Assembly: GCA_023231425.1 (NCBI GenBank)
Contig: JALNVI010000004.1
Coordinates: 5,142 to 69,141 of the forward strand
DNA length: 64,000 nt
Direction: 5' to 3'
Origin: Desulforhopalus sp.
GTDB taxonomy: Bacteria > Desulfobacterota > Desulfobulbia > Desulfobulbales > Desulfocapsaceae
Of this stretch, positions 47,287 to 56,700 are shown piece after piece. The notes beneath the pieces are model-generated. The model saw nothing but the letters and a program-made list of their open reading frames with translations. It searched no databases and was not told the DNA's origin. Made by a program: the position numbers and the translations under genes. Positions within the stretch are counted from its first letter, which is position 1. Each line of letters begins with the position of its first letter.

Positions 47287-48972
47287 TTAATCCTGCAAAC
47301 GGTTGATACCGTTAATAATTGCCTCAATAGATGCAATAGTGATATCTGTATTCACTCCAACCCCCCAGGCAGAGCGTCCATCGGGACGGGACATTTCAAT
47401 ATACGCCGCCGCTGTCGCACTGGAGTTGCAGGTCAGTGCATGTTGGTGATAATCCTTCAGGGTAAAATCTCCCACCCCATTTTCCTTCAATCCGTTGCAG
47501 AAAGCATTAAGCGGACCATTTCCCTTCCCCCGGAAGACCTTTTTTTCCCCGTTCATCACTACTGTCGCCTGCACTTCAACCAGTGGTTCCACTGTGTTTT
47601 CACTGCGGCTGTGCCGCTTCGTCACATTGAAATCATCGTAAACCAGCGGTTTATTAATCTGAAGATAGGATTGATTAAAGACCTCATAAATTTCTTTATG
47701 CCCCAGCTCGCGTCCTTCACGTTCAGTAACAGCCTGCACCAGCCGCCCGAATTCGGGGTGCATGGGCTTGGGAAGTTTGAAGCCAAAATCCCGTTCCATG
47801 ACGTAGGCAACACCACCTTTTCCTGACTGGCTGTTGATTCTGATGATCGACTCGTATGTCCGCCCCACGTCCGTGGGATCAATCGGCAGATAAGGCACAG
47901 CCCAGCAGTGACTGGAGCTCTCGGCGCAGGCCTTCATTCCCTTGTTGATGGCGTCCTGATGTGATCCGGAAAAAGCTGTATAGACCAACTCTCCAGCATA
48001 GGGATGACGCGGATGCACCGGCAGCTGAGTCACCTTCTCATAAACCTTGATGAGGTGGTCGATGTGGCTCATGTCGAGCTGCGGATCAACCCCCTGGCTG
48101 AACATGTTAAGTGCGAGAGTGACGATATCAACGTTGCCCGTCCGTTCACCGTTACCGAAAAGCGTACCCTCCACCCGGTCTGCCCCGGCCATCAGTGCCA
48201 GTTCGGTAGCAGCTACAGCGCTGCCGCGGTCATTATGGGCATGCAGGCTGATAATTGCAGCCTCACGATTGTTCATTTTACGGGAGAACCACTCAATCAT
48301 ATCCGCGTAGATATTCGGAGTGGACATCTCCACCGTTGCCGGCAAATTGAGAATGATCCGATTTTCTTTCGTCGGCTGCATCACGTCCATCACCCGTTCA
48401 CAAATCTCAAGTGCAAACTCCAGTTCGGTGCCGGTGAAACTCTCGGGGGAGTATTCATAGTGGAACTTCGTCTGCGGATACTTTTTTTCCTCTTCGAGAA
48501 GAAGCTTCGCCCCCTTTACAGCAAGTTCAATAATTTCCTGTTTCTTCATACGGAAAACCACCTTCCGCTGGAGAATGGAGGTAGAGTTGTAAAGGTGGAC
48601 AATCGCCTCCTTCACCCCTCTGAGGGATTCATAGGTCTTTTCGATGAGATGCGGCCGCGCCTGAGTAAGTACCTGCAAAACCACATCAGCTGGAACGAGA
48701 TTTTGCTCGACGAGAGTCCGGATAAAATCATACTCCACTGCTGCGGCAGAGGGAAAACCGACCTCGATCTCCTTAAAGCCAACGTCACAGAGCAGTTGAA
48801 ACATTTCCATTTTCTTTTCCAGATCCATCGGCTGGATGAGAGCCTGGTTGCCATCGCGCAGGTCAACGGAACACCATGCCGGGGCCTTTTCAATGCGCTT
48901 GTCCGGCCAGGTGCGCTGTAACCCTTCAACAATGGGATATGCCTTGTATTTTTCAGTATTTTGCTGGTTCAT
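47287..48972 (-). CDS. leuA: 2-isopropylmalate synthase (long, LeuA2 type)
   Basis: WCSVDLRDGNQA, HAHNDRGSAVA, C-terminal LeuA allosteric domain; start set to ATG 48972 (MNQQNTEKY) with GAGGAAAC RBS. Confidence 0.92.
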   Translation of the reverse strand: MNQQNTEKYKAYPIVEGLQRTWPDKRIEKAPAWCSVDLRDGNQALIQPMDLEKKMEMFQLLCDVGFKEIEVGFPSAAAVEYDFIRTLVEQNLVPADVVLQVLTQARPHLIEKTYESLRGVKEAIVHLYNSTSILQRKVVFRMKKQEIIELAVKGAKLLLEEEKKYPQTKFHYEYSPESFTGTELEFALEICERVMDVMQPTKENRIILNLPATVEMSTPNIYADMIEWFSRKMNNREAAIISLHAHNDRGSAVAATELALMAGADRVEGTLFGNGERTGNVDIVTLALNMFSQGVDPQLDMSHIDHLIKVYEKVTQLPVHPRHPYAGELVYTAFSGSHQDAINKGMKACAESSSHCWAVPYLPIDPTDVGRTYESIIRINSQSGKGGVAYVMERDFGFKLPKPMHPEFGRLVQAVTEREGRELGHKEIYEVFNQSYLQINKPLVYDDFNVTKRHSRSENTVEPLVEVQATVVMNGEKKVFRGKGNGPLNAFCNGLKENGVGDFTLKDYHQHALTCNSSATAAAYIEMSRPDGRSAWGVGVNTDITIASIEAIINGINRLQD

Positions 48973-48999
48973 TGTTTCCTCTTCAGGGTGAATGAGATC

Positions 49000-49038
49000 A
49001 AAAAAAAAGAGGCCACAGTGTGTAAACTGTGGCCTCTC
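49000..49038 (-). terminator. intrinsic terminator in the leuA leader (attenuator candidate)
   Basis: on the minus strand agaggccacag-tttacacA-ctgtggcctct followed by T9, ending about 28 nt before the leuA ATG. Confidence 0.6.
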
Positions 49039-49062
49039 CATGGAAATGTTGTGACGTATGAC

Positions 49063-49143
49063 TCAGCCGCAATCCTTCCCCGCGACAACCACAGTTGTCG
49101 TCAAATTAAGGGGGAGAAGTAGAAGCGAGTCTGCACCGGACAT
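49063..49143 (-). CDS. Leu-rich leader peptide ORF upstream of leuA
   Basis: ATG TCC GGT GCA GAC TCG CTT CTA CTT CTC CCC CTT AAT TTG ACG ACA ACT GTG GTT GTC GCG GGG AAG GAT TGC GGC TGA = MSGADSLLLLPLNLTTTVVVAGKDCG; AGGAA 8 nt upstream of the ATG. Confidence 0.5.
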   Translation of the reverse strand: MSGADSLLLLPLNLTTTVVVAGKDCG

Positions 49144-49196
49144 TGTTTTTATTCCTGTAAAATATAATGCTGAATTTAACTTCCTGAACAGGAATA

Positions 49197-49224
49197 AAAA
49201 TACACGCACAGCAATTCATGTCAA
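49197..49224 (-). promoter_or_regulatory. sigma70-like promoter for the leuA leader
   Basis: minus strand TTGACA (49224-49219), 16-nt spacer, TATTTT (49202-49197). Confidence 0.35.
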
Positions 49225-49289
49225 GCCCTTTTCTCTTCCACCGTCATTGGAGAATTTTCCCTGTTTTCAAACCTTTCACGCCCTTCCGG

Positions 49290-49318
49290 TTGACAGAGAC
49301 AACTGCCCCATATATATT
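49290..49318 (+). promoter_or_regulatory. sigma70-like promoter for ilvB
   Basis: TTGACA (49290-49295), 17-nt spacer, TATATT (49313-49318), about 100 nt before the ilvB ATG. Confidence 0.35.
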
Positions 49319-49421
49319 CTGAAGCCTGTTCTCATGGTAGAATTGGCAATAAAATTATCCAAAGATGAAGCCGAATGTTTTGCGCTTCATTCCGCTCTTA
49401 CAACAGCACGAGGTCCCATAG

Positions 49422-51125
49422 ATGAAAAAAGTCACAGGAGCTGAGGCAATTATAAAATGTCTCAAGGAGGAAGGGGTTTCAACAATTTTCGGTTATCCCG
49501 GCGGGGCGATTACAGATCTCTACGACGCCCTCATGGACGCGGATCTCAAGAATATCATTGTCCGCCACGAGCAGGGTGCGGTCCACGCCGCCGACGGCTA
49601 CGCCAGGGTAACCGGAGATGTGGGTGTCGCGCTGCTCACCTCTGGCCCCGGAGCCACCAACGGTGTCACTGGTATCGCCACCGCCTACTGCGACTCAATC
49701 CCCATTGTCGTCCTTACCGGACAGGTACCCCGTGCCCTTATCGGCAACGATGCCTTCCAGGAAGTGGATATTGTCGGAATCACACGCCCCTGCACCAAAC
49801 ACAACTATCTTGTTGGCTCGGCCGAGGAACTGGTACCAACCCTGCGTGAGGCCTTTCACATTGCCCGTTCAGGCCGTCCCGGACCTGTACTGGTCGATCT
49901 GCCCAAGGATATTATTACCGCAAAGTTTGATTACCCGGCGAAAAAAGCGATGACCATGCCGAGTTATCAGCCGAACACCGATCCTCATCCGCGCCAGGTG
50001 GAGAAAGCCTGCAAGGCAATCATGCGGGCTAAATGTCCCGTGCTCTATGTTGGTGGCGGTGTTATCCTTGCCAATGCACAGGATGACCTGATTGAACTGA
50101 CAAGGAAACTGGGAATTCCTGTTACCATGACCCTCATGGGACTGGGTGCCTTTCCAGGAACCGATCCCCTTTCCATGGGAATGCTCGGCATGCACGGCTC
50201 TTTTTGTGCCAACATGGCAGTCGCCGAATGCGACCTTCTCATTGCTGTCGGGGCACGTTTTGATGACCGCGTCACCGGTAAACTCTCTGATTTTGCCACC
50301 AAAGCGAAGGTGATTCACATTGATGTAGACCCCACCTCTATCAGTAAAAACGTTCGGGTGGATATCCCCATTGTCGCCGACTGCCGCAACGCTCTCAAGG
50401 CAATCAATATCTGGTTCGACACACAGCCCGGAATTAACATTGAAGAGGAGAAGGCCTGCCATCAGCCGTGGTTTGAGACAATCCAGAAGTGGACAGAGCA
50501 GCACCCCATGACCTGGCATGACGATGAGTCCGGCATTATCAAACCTCAGTATGTAATTGAAAAACTTAACGAACTCACCGGCGGAGATGCGATTATCACC
50601 ACCGAGGTCGGTCAGAACCAGATGTGGACCGCTCAATTTTTCAAGTTTAACAAGGCACGTCATCTTGTCACCTCCGGAGGTCTCGGAACCATGGGCTTCG
50701 GTCTGCCTGCAGCCATCGGAGCACAGTGTGCCTTCCCGGAAAAAACCGTTATTGATATAGCTGGCGACGGTTCCATCCAGATGAATATCCAGGAGCTGGC
50801 CACCGCCCGGCAATATAACCTGCCAATCAAAGTTGCCATCCTCAACAATAATTACCTTGGAATGGTGCGTCAGTGGCAGGAGCTTTTCTATAATCGCCGC
50901 TACTTCGCCACCCCCATGGAGGTCCTTCCCGATTTCATCGACCTCGCAAAAGCCTACGGGGCAGTCGGACTGCGGGCGACAAAGAAATCTGAAGTCGAAC
51001 CGGTAATCAAAGAAGCACTCTCCACCAGGAATGTGGTGCTGATGGACTTCCGCATCGCCCGTGAAGAGAATGTCTATCCGATGGTTCCCGCCGGGAAGGC
51101 CACCACCGAAATGTTGCTGGTTTAA
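49422..51125 (+). CDS. ilvB: acetolactate synthase, large subunit
   Basis: 567-aa ThDP enzyme; GYPGGAI, GPGATN, GLGTMGFGLPAAIGA, GDGS...NN motifs. Confidence 0.95.
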   Translation: MKKVTGAEAIIKCLKEEGVSTIFGYPGGAITDLYDALMDADLKNIIVRHEQGAVHAADGYARVTGDVGVALLTSGPGATNGVTGIATAYCDSIPIVVLTGQVPRALIGNDAFQEVDIVGITRPCTKHNYLVGSAEELVPTLREAFHIARSGRPGPVLVDLPKDIITAKFDYPAKKAMTMPSYQPNTDPHPRQVEKACKAIMRAKCPVLYVGGGVILANAQDDLIELTRKLGIPVTMTLMGLGAFPGTDPLSMGMLGMHGSFCANMAVAECDLLIAVGARFDDRVTGKLSDFATKAKVIHIDVDPTSISKNVRVDIPIVADCRNALKAINIWFDTQPGINIEEEKACHQPWFETIQKWTEQHPMTWHDDESGIIKPQYVIEKLNELTGGDAIITTEVGQNQMWTAQFFKFNKARHLVTSGGLGTMGFGLPAAIGAQCAFPEKTVIDIAGDGSIQMNIQELATARQYNLPIKVAILNNNYLGMVRQWQELFYNRRYFATPMEVLPDFIDLAKAYGAVGLRATKKSEVEPVIKEALSTRNVVLMDFRIAREENVYPMVPAGKATTEMLLV

Positions 51126-51144
51126 TATTGAGAGGAATACCCCC

Positions 51145-51627
51145 ATGAAACATACAATTTCCGTGCAGTTGAGAAATAAACCCGGGGTTCTCTCCCGGGT
51201 GACCGGTCTCTTCAGTGGCCGGGGCTTTAATATAGAGAGCCTCTGCGTGGCAGAGACCATGGACAGCGAACTCTCCGTTCTCACCATTGTCTCCCGGGGC
51301 GATGCGGCGATTATTGAGCAGATAACCAAACAACTGCACAAACTCATTGATGTGATTAAAGTCACAGATATGGCCGAACTTCCCTATGTGGAACGCGAGA
51401 TGGTTCTCCTGCGCATGAAGGCGGTGGAAACCACCCGCGCAGAAGTCCTGCGCATTGCAGACATCTTTCGCGCCAAGGTAATAGACGTCAGCTCGAAGAC
51501 CTTTACCATCGAAGTCACCGGTTCCAGCTCTAAGGTTAATGCCTGTATTGAGTTGTTGCGCCCGCTGGGGATCAAGGAGATCGTCCGTACAGGCACGGTA
51601 GCCATGGCCCGCGCCCCCAAAAAATAA
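51145..51627 (+). CDS. ilvN: acetolactate synthase, small (regulatory) subunit
   Basis: ACT domain start HTISVQLRNKPGVLSRVTGLFSGRGFNIESL; start set to ATG 51145. Confidence 0.9.
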   Translation: MKHTISVQLRNKPGVLSRVTGLFSGRGFNIESLCVAETMDSELSVLTIVSRGDAAIIEQITKQLHKLIDVIKVTDMAELPYVEREMVLLRMKAVETTRAEVLRIADIFRAKVIDVSSKTFTIEVTGSSSKVNACIELLRPLGIKEIVRTGTVAMARAPKK

Positions 51628-51630
51628 ACA

Positions 51631-51772
51631 GGGAACATTGAAGAACCTTGTATTTCGTTCATCTTCGAGGCACAGGATATAAGCGCCAGATTTGCTATCA
51701 GAGCCTGGCGCTTCCCTCCGAGGGTAAATTTCTGACTGCAACGAAGAAGATGGGCGAGTATTCACTCTTCCC
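51631..51772 (+). mobile_element. family-1 MITE-like element, diverged copy
   Basis: gggaacattgaagaaccttgtatttcgttcatcttcgagg ... gatgggcgagtattcactcttccc; AATAAAC on both flanks (51623-51629, 51773-51779); 4 nt after the ilvN stop. Confidence 0.7.
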
Positions 51773-51809
51773 AATAAACGATTTTTCATGCTCTCCCCCT
51801 GGAGGAGAT

Positions 51810-52454
51810 ATGATTCAGCCTAAAGTCCCGATAGCCCTGGAAGGTTGGCCGTTTATCGCCTTCTTTGCTTTTCTCACCCTCGTCACAGCCATACTGGGAA
51901 ACATGCCGGGAGCGTACGTTTTCCTGGTTATCACCTGCTTTGTCCTCTGGTTCTTTCGTGATCCAGAACGCTTTGTACCCTTTGAAGAAGATGCCGTTGT
52001 CTCTCCCGCGGACGGCAAAGTCATTATCATTAAAGAGGTGGAAGATAAACGGTTCACCGGCCTGAGGGCGCAAAAGATATCGATTTTCATGAACGTTTTC
52101 AACGTTCATGTCAACCGCATACCGATTGCTGGAAAGGTAGAGAAGGTTCTCTACAAACCCGGCACCTTCTACAATGCCAGCAGTACAAAGGCAGAGCTGG
52201 AAAACGAGTACTGCGCAACCCTGCTCACCACCAACTCAGGAAAAAAGCTTGCCGTGGTGCAAATCTCCGGTCTCATTGCCCGGCGCATTGTCTGCTGGCT
52301 CGAACCTGGCGACAAACTTCGCACCGGTGAACGTATCGGCCTGATTCGCTTTGGTTCACGGGTTGATATCTACCTGCCGCTCGATGCAGACCTGGAGGTA
52401 GAGGTTGGTGATATGGTGCGTGGCGGAGAATCGCTGCTTGCCCGTCTCTCCTGA
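51810..52454 (+). CDS. psd: phosphatidylserine decarboxylase proenzyme (short type)
   Basis: two N-terminal TM helices, FMNVFNVHVNR, processing-site-like FGSRVD; start set to ATG 51810. Confidence 0.85.
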   Translation: MIQPKVPIALEGWPFIAFFAFLTLVTAILGNMPGAYVFLVITCFVLWFFRDPERFVPFEEDAVVSPADGKVIIIKEVEDKRFTGLRAQKISIFMNVFNVHVNRIPIAGKVEKVLYKPGTFYNASSTKAELENEYCATLLTTNSGKKLAVVQISGLIARRIVCWLEPGDKLRTGERIGLIRFGSRVDIYLPLDADLEVEVGDMVRGGESLLARLS

Positions 52455-52463
52455 GGAGGCCCC

Positions 52464-53063
52464 GTGCGCATCATCAGCGGTCTGGCAAAGGGCCGGCGAT
52501 TGCAGACTCCGCCCCTGCAGCAGCAGAAACAATTTGAGATTCGACCGACCAGTGACCGCGCCCGCGAGGCACTCTTCAGCATCCTCGGAGATGCGGTAGC
52601 CGGAGCAGTGGTGCTTGATCTTTTTGCCGGGTGCGGCGCACTCGGTCTTGAGGCCCTGAGCCGAGGGGCAAAGACAGTGGTTTTTGTCGAGAAGAACACT
52701 CCGGCACTGAGGTTGATCAAACAGAATGTGCTGAATGTTCTTAACAGTATTTCAAGAAAACAGCAGGCTGGAGAAGTCCGTCTGCTGCAGCAGGACCTGC
52801 GCCAGCCGCTGCAGTTTGAGGAGCTGTCAGAAGAGATGCGCCGTTTTGATATTATCCTTGCCGATCCTCCATACGATACCGGGCTTTCCAGCCACATCCT
52901 CGGCGAAATCGCCGCCCGGGACATTCTCACCAGACGCGGGATTCTGGTTCTTGAAGAACGTCACGATACTCCGCTTCCAGCTGCAGTCATGCAACTGACC
53001 CGCACTGAAATGCGGAAGTATGGTGAGGCCGCCTTTCACTTTTACCGGACAATACCCCAATGA
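52464..53063 (+). CDS. rsmD: 16S rRNA (guanine966-N2)-methyltransferase
   Basis: RIISG..KGR.L, RPTSDRAREALF, DLFAGCGALGLEALSRGA, ADPPY motifs; GTG start. Confidence 0.85.
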   Translation: MRIISGLAKGRRLQTPPLQQQKQFEIRPTSDRAREALFSILGDAVAGAVVLDLFAGCGALGLEALSRGAKTVVFVEKNTPALRLIKQNVLNVLNSISRKQQAGEVRLLQQDLRQPLQFEELSEEMRRFDIILADPPYDTGLSSHILGEIAARDILTRRGILVLEERHDTPLPAAVMQLTRTEMRKYGEAAFHFYRTIPQ

Positions 53064-53572
53064 ATGCTCTTCCTTCACACAAGACCCTCGCGGTTTATCC
53101 CGGCACCTTTGATCCGATCACCATGGGACACGTGGATATCATCTACCGTGCACTCAATCTTTTTGATACGCTGACTATCGCAGTTGCAGTCAACGCATCC
53201 AAGTCCCCCCTCTTTTCCGCGGAAGAACGGGTCGCACTGATTAAAGAGAATTTTGCACACGAACCACGCATCAGGGTAGAAGGGGTGAAGGGACTGGTGG
53301 TGGATTATGCCTTCCGCAATGGGGCCATTGCTTTGGTGCGGGGAATTCGTGCAGTCTCGGACTTTGACTATGAATTTCAGCTGGCTCTGGCCAACCGCAA
53401 GCTCAATCGGGAGGTGGAGTCTGTTTTTCTCATGCCTGGATTTCGCTGGATTTACATCAGCTCCTCCATGCTCAAGGACATTGCCCGGAACGGCGGGGAT
53501 GTGAGTGAACTGGTGCCAGTCAATGTGAATACCGCAATGAAACGAAAATACGAAAACATCGACAACGGCTGA
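53060..53572 (+). CDS. coaD: pantetheine-phosphate adenylyltransferase
   Basis: AVYPGTFDPITMGHVDII, RGIRAVSDFDYE, ISSSMLKD motifs. Confidence 0.92.
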   Translation: MNALPSHKTLAVYPGTFDPITMGHVDIIYRALNLFDTLTIAVAVNASKSPLFSAEERVALIKENFAHEPRIRVEGVKGLVVDYAFRNGAIALVRGIRAVSDFDYEFQLALANRKLNREVESVFLMPGFRWIYISSSMLKDIARNGGDVSELVPVNVNTAMKRKYENIDNG

Positions 53573-53685
53573 AGGGACTCGCTCCCCTTGCCATTTTTTT
53601 ATTCCTCTGCGGCAATAATTCAGGGAACACAACTCTCTGCTTTTCTGAAAGAAAAGACTAAAGGCCAACACCTTCAAAACAAAAC

Positions 53686-53731
53686 AAAAAAATAAGGGTG
53701 ATGGTCATTTTGACCATCACCCTTATTTTTT
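53686..53731. terminator. bidirectional intrinsic terminator
   Basis: aaaaaataagggtgatggtc / gaccatcacccttatttttt about 20-bp perfect stem with A- and T-runs, between convergent coaD and the acidic-protein gene. Confidence 0.7.
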
Positions 53732-53757
53732 CCCTTTACTCTGGTTACGGCTTCACA

Positions 53758-56007
53758 TCATGCTCTCTCCGAGCTGAGCCACTTAAGAACTTTGCCCGTT
53801 TCCACCCGGAGGACTTCCAGGTCTCGAACAATATTGCCATCGGCAAGGACCTCCGCCAGAGCTTGACTGGTAGACCGCAACAGCGCCATGGACTCTTCGC
53901 CAGCCGGCTCATCGCTCCTGGCGAAAGAATCGGCAACTATAGAAAAGAGCTGCAAGAGATTCAGTTCCATGGAGCGTCCCTGCATCATGTCCAGCAGGTG
54001 GTCGCGTTCAGAGAGCATCCCCTCGAGGCTGGATCTGGTTCCTCCGTGCACATACTCTTCACTGTACATGCGCAGATTTTGTACGGAATCCTGTTCCTCA
54101 TCGTTTTCTGCAAGCAGGAAGACAATAGCAGTATCAGAGGCAGGACCTGTCTCTACGACAGGTGGCTTATCAGCCTCCGTTTCATCCAGAACCTCAAAGG
54201 CAGGAGAAGCGCTGCCATCCTCCTCACCTGCAAAGTCATCTGCAGGCGGCATAATATCGTCATCATCATCATCTTCGATATTGACACCTTCCAGAGCTGC
54301 AGCAATCTGCTTCTCATTTATCACACTGAAATCAGGTATCCCTTCTTCTTTGCCATAATCCAGACCAGGGTCCCCATCGATCTCCCCCTCAGTATCCCCC
54401 CCAAAGCGGGGAGGCTCGGACAGCTCATCCTCTTCAGCCTCAAAACTCAGTGCTGGCCCAGGATATGCTTCAGAGGGGAAGACAAACTCTTCATCATCGT
54501 CCTCCTCAACATCAAGCCCCGGAATTTTTTCTGTTTTCCCGGCCGGAGAAGCAGGCGCTGCGGCAAGCTCTTCAGTAAATCCAAACCCGGCGGGTTCCTC
54601 TTCATTGAAGAAGCTGGCGACGGCATCTTCCACACCGACATCATCAATCAGAGCAGAAGCAGTCTCTTCATCTTCAGGCGTGTCAAAAGCCGCCAGAGCC
54701 GGGACGAGCTGAGCCCCATCAAGGCGAAGTGCATCCTCCCCGGAATCATCATCGGCAGAGGGCTCCACATCCCCCCCCTGCAGAGCGAGTTCTTTGGAGA
54801 TATTCAGAATACTCTCAGAAGGGGGAGCATCTGCAAATTCTCCCCCGAAAATCTCACCGATTTTAAGGTTGAAAGCATCACTGTCGTCATCATCAAGACC
54901 AGCCATCTCCTCCTCAGCCCAAAAACCGTGCACCTCTTCTTCACCACGGGGGCCAAAGGCTGGAGTAATTTCTGCAATATTACCGATGTCCTCTTCTCTG
55001 CCGGACAGGAAAGCCACCGGGCCATCTGCAGTCAGATCATCGGACACCTGAATATTATTTTCCCCGATCGTGCGAAATGCCTGCAGCTTTTCGAGCAGCG
55101 GGGAAACAGCTGTACGCTCCTCTTCCGGACTCCCCGGCACTGAGACAATGTGTTCCAGCCCTTCAAAGAGAAGATGAAGCACCTTGAACACTTCGGAGTG
55201 TGCTTCATCTTTTTTCTCTTGAATATACTCACCAAGTTCACCGATTCCACGAAGCAGATCAAGACAGCTCGCGTTCTCATAAAACTGCTCTTTGAGATCA
55301 GCAACCTCAATCTTCAGGTTTGTCAGATATTCGTCGGTGATCTTCCCTTCGAGACCAGGGAGGATTGCCTTCAGACGCATAAGAGCGCCAGCGGTATCGC
55401 GCTCGACACCGAAAGAATTGAGAGGGAGCGTTTCTCTCTCTTTTTCATCCAGTGACAACACAGGCACGGGAGTGGCAGATTCCTCTTTAATCGGCGGGAC
55501 AAAAGCCTCTTTCAAAGGCTTCTCCCCGGCAGGAGTCGGCACAGGCCGGACGGCAGCCATGTTACGTTTGACCTGGACTTTAAGATGCTCAAACGCCTTC
55601 ACATCTTCGCGCAAAATAGCCATCTTCTGTTCATTTGTCATATTCTCGGAAGAAACAATCTCCTCCAGATTATGATACAGGGTAAGCAGCAGCTTGATGG
55701 CGCTGGGATGCGCATCAGCCTTGCAGGCATAGATATATTTAGAAACCTTTTCCAGCGCCTGAACGTACACCAGATTGATCTTTTCTCCGGCCCAGACATC
55801 CCGCAGGGCGAGCAACTCCTCATTAAACATGACCAGCACTTCATCAGTAATCTCCCAGTCAATTGAAAGCACGATGCTTTTCAATCGACTGACAGGCGAA
55901 TCCTTTGCAGGGTTGAGAGCAAACAGATCGTCTGAGTCAGAGAAATAGGAATCGTCGTCTCCTCCGAGTGTCAGATCGTCGTACTGATTTTCGCTATAAC
56001 GGTCCAC
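53758..56007 (-). CDS. large, highly acidic protein of unknown function (downstream of mglA)
   Basis: 749-aa ORF 12 nt after mglA; GTG start; two homologous about 100-aa modules (aa 41-143 and 211-314) and a long D/E-rich low-complexity region; no family recognised. Confidence 0.7.
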   Translation of the reverse strand: MDRYSENQYDDLTLGGDDDSYFSDSDDLFALNPAKDSPVSRLKSIVLSIDWEITDEVLVMFNEELLALRDVWAGEKINLVYVQALEKVSKYIYACKADAHPSAIKLLLTLYHNLEEIVSSENMTNEQKMAILREDVKAFEHLKVQVKRNMAAVRPVPTPAGEKPLKEAFVPPIKEESATPVPVLSLDEKERETLPLNSFGVERDTAGALMRLKAILPGLEGKITDEYLTNLKIEVADLKEQFYENASCLDLLRGIGELGEYIQEKKDEAHSEVFKVLHLLFEGLEHIVSVPGSPEEERTAVSPLLEKLQAFRTIGENNIQVSDDLTADGPVAFLSGREEDIGNIAEITPAFGPRGEEEVHGFWAEEEMAGLDDDDSDAFNLKIGEIFGGEFADAPPSESILNISKELALQGGDVEPSADDDSGEDALRLDGAQLVPALAAFDTPEDEETASALIDDVGVEDAVASFFNEEEPAGFGFTEELAAAPASPAGKTEKIPGLDVEEDDDEEFVFPSEAYPGPALSFEAEEDELSEPPRFGGDTEGEIDGDPGLDYGKEEGIPDFSVINEKQIAAALEGVNIEDDDDDDIMPPADDFAGEEDGSASPAFEVLDETEADKPPVVETGPASDTAIVFLLAENDEEQDSVQNLRMYSEEYVHGGTRSSLEGMLSERDHLLDMMQGRSMELNLLQLFSIVADSFARSDEPAGEESMALLRSTSQALAEVLADGNIVRDLEVLRVETGKVLKWLSSERA

Positions 56008-56019
56008 GTAAATTCTCTC

Positions 56020-56625
56020 TTAAAGAAGTTTTTTCTGAATGGAAATCACAGAAGAAAAGATAATTTTTTTCAGGGTTGCAGCAACATTATAACCTGCAAG
56101 GGCACTCGCTTCAAAGAACGGAACTTTGAGACGACTATTGAGATCCTTCTGCAGCACAGCTGTGGGGAGTATCGGGATCCCGTACTCTTTAAGGTCAATT
56201 TTATTATATTGCATAACAAGAGGAATCTTAAAAATACTTTCTTTGTATAACTGCAGGTTTTCATGCAACTGGTTGAGAGAGCGAATGTTTTTCTCCCGCT
56301 GCTTCTCCATGACATCGGCAACAAAAACAATACCGTCAACCCCGCGGAGCACCAGCTTCCGGGTTGCATTATATTTCACCTGACCGGGAACAGTGTAAAG
56401 CTGAATTTTTATATCGTAGCCCTTGATTTTCCCTATGTCAAAAGGAAGGAAGTCAAAAAAGAGAGTTCGATCCCCATGGGTCTTCAGGCTGACCATCTCA
56501 GAAGCGATCTGCTTTTTGTAGGTGCGATTGACATATTCAAGGTTGGTGGTCTTACCGCAACGTCCCGGCCCATAATAGACAATCTTTATTTGTACGATTT
56601 TGTCCCTCAAATTTATAAAACTCAA
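56020..56625 (-). CDS. mglA: Ras-like GTPase MglA
   Basis: MSFIN...KIVYYGPGRCGKTTNL, DRTLFFDFLP, YTVPGQV, GVDGIVFVAD, QYNKIDL closely follow the Myxococcus MglA pattern; TTG start after GGGAGGAAAG. Confidence 0.85.
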   Translation of the reverse strand: MSFINLRDKIVQIKIVYYGPGRCGKTTNLEYVNRTYKKQIASEMVSLKTHGDRTLFFDFLPFDIGKIKGYDIKIQLYTVPGQVKYNATRKLVLRGVDGIVFVADVMEKQREKNIRSLNQLHENLQLYKESIFKIPLVMQYNKIDLKEYGIPILPTAVLQKDLNSRLKVPFFEASALAGYNVAATLKKIIFSSVISIQKKLL

Positions 56626-56700
56626 TGTCTTTCCTCCCTGCGCTTCTGCTCAGATAATATTTTTTCCTTCACCCTGCAGACGGGGCTGCACCGCCTTTCC

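Noticed and set aside
48973-49300. T-box riboswitch upstream of leuA (I recall T-box regulation being described for leuA in some Deltaproteobacteria)
   Set aside because: I found only a weak resemblance (gtggttgtcgcgg) to the GGUGGUACCGCG T-box core, no Stem I or specifier-loop features, and a leader that is too short. A Leu-codon leader peptide explains the terminator better.
49058-49444. 128-aa plus-strand ORF in the leuA-ilvB intergenic region
   Set aside because: It runs antisense through the leuA leader and across the ilvB promoter, its composition is not protein-like, and it ends by overlapping the ilvB start.
49869-51365. 498-aa minus-strand ORF
   Set aside because: It is a shadow ORF antisense to ilvB and ilvN.
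53698-55143. 481-aa plus-strand ORF opposite the acidic protein
   Set aside because: The minus-strand frame is longer, is tightly coupled to mglA, and has internally duplicated modules. The plus-strand translation is low-complexity and starts inside the bidirectional terminator.
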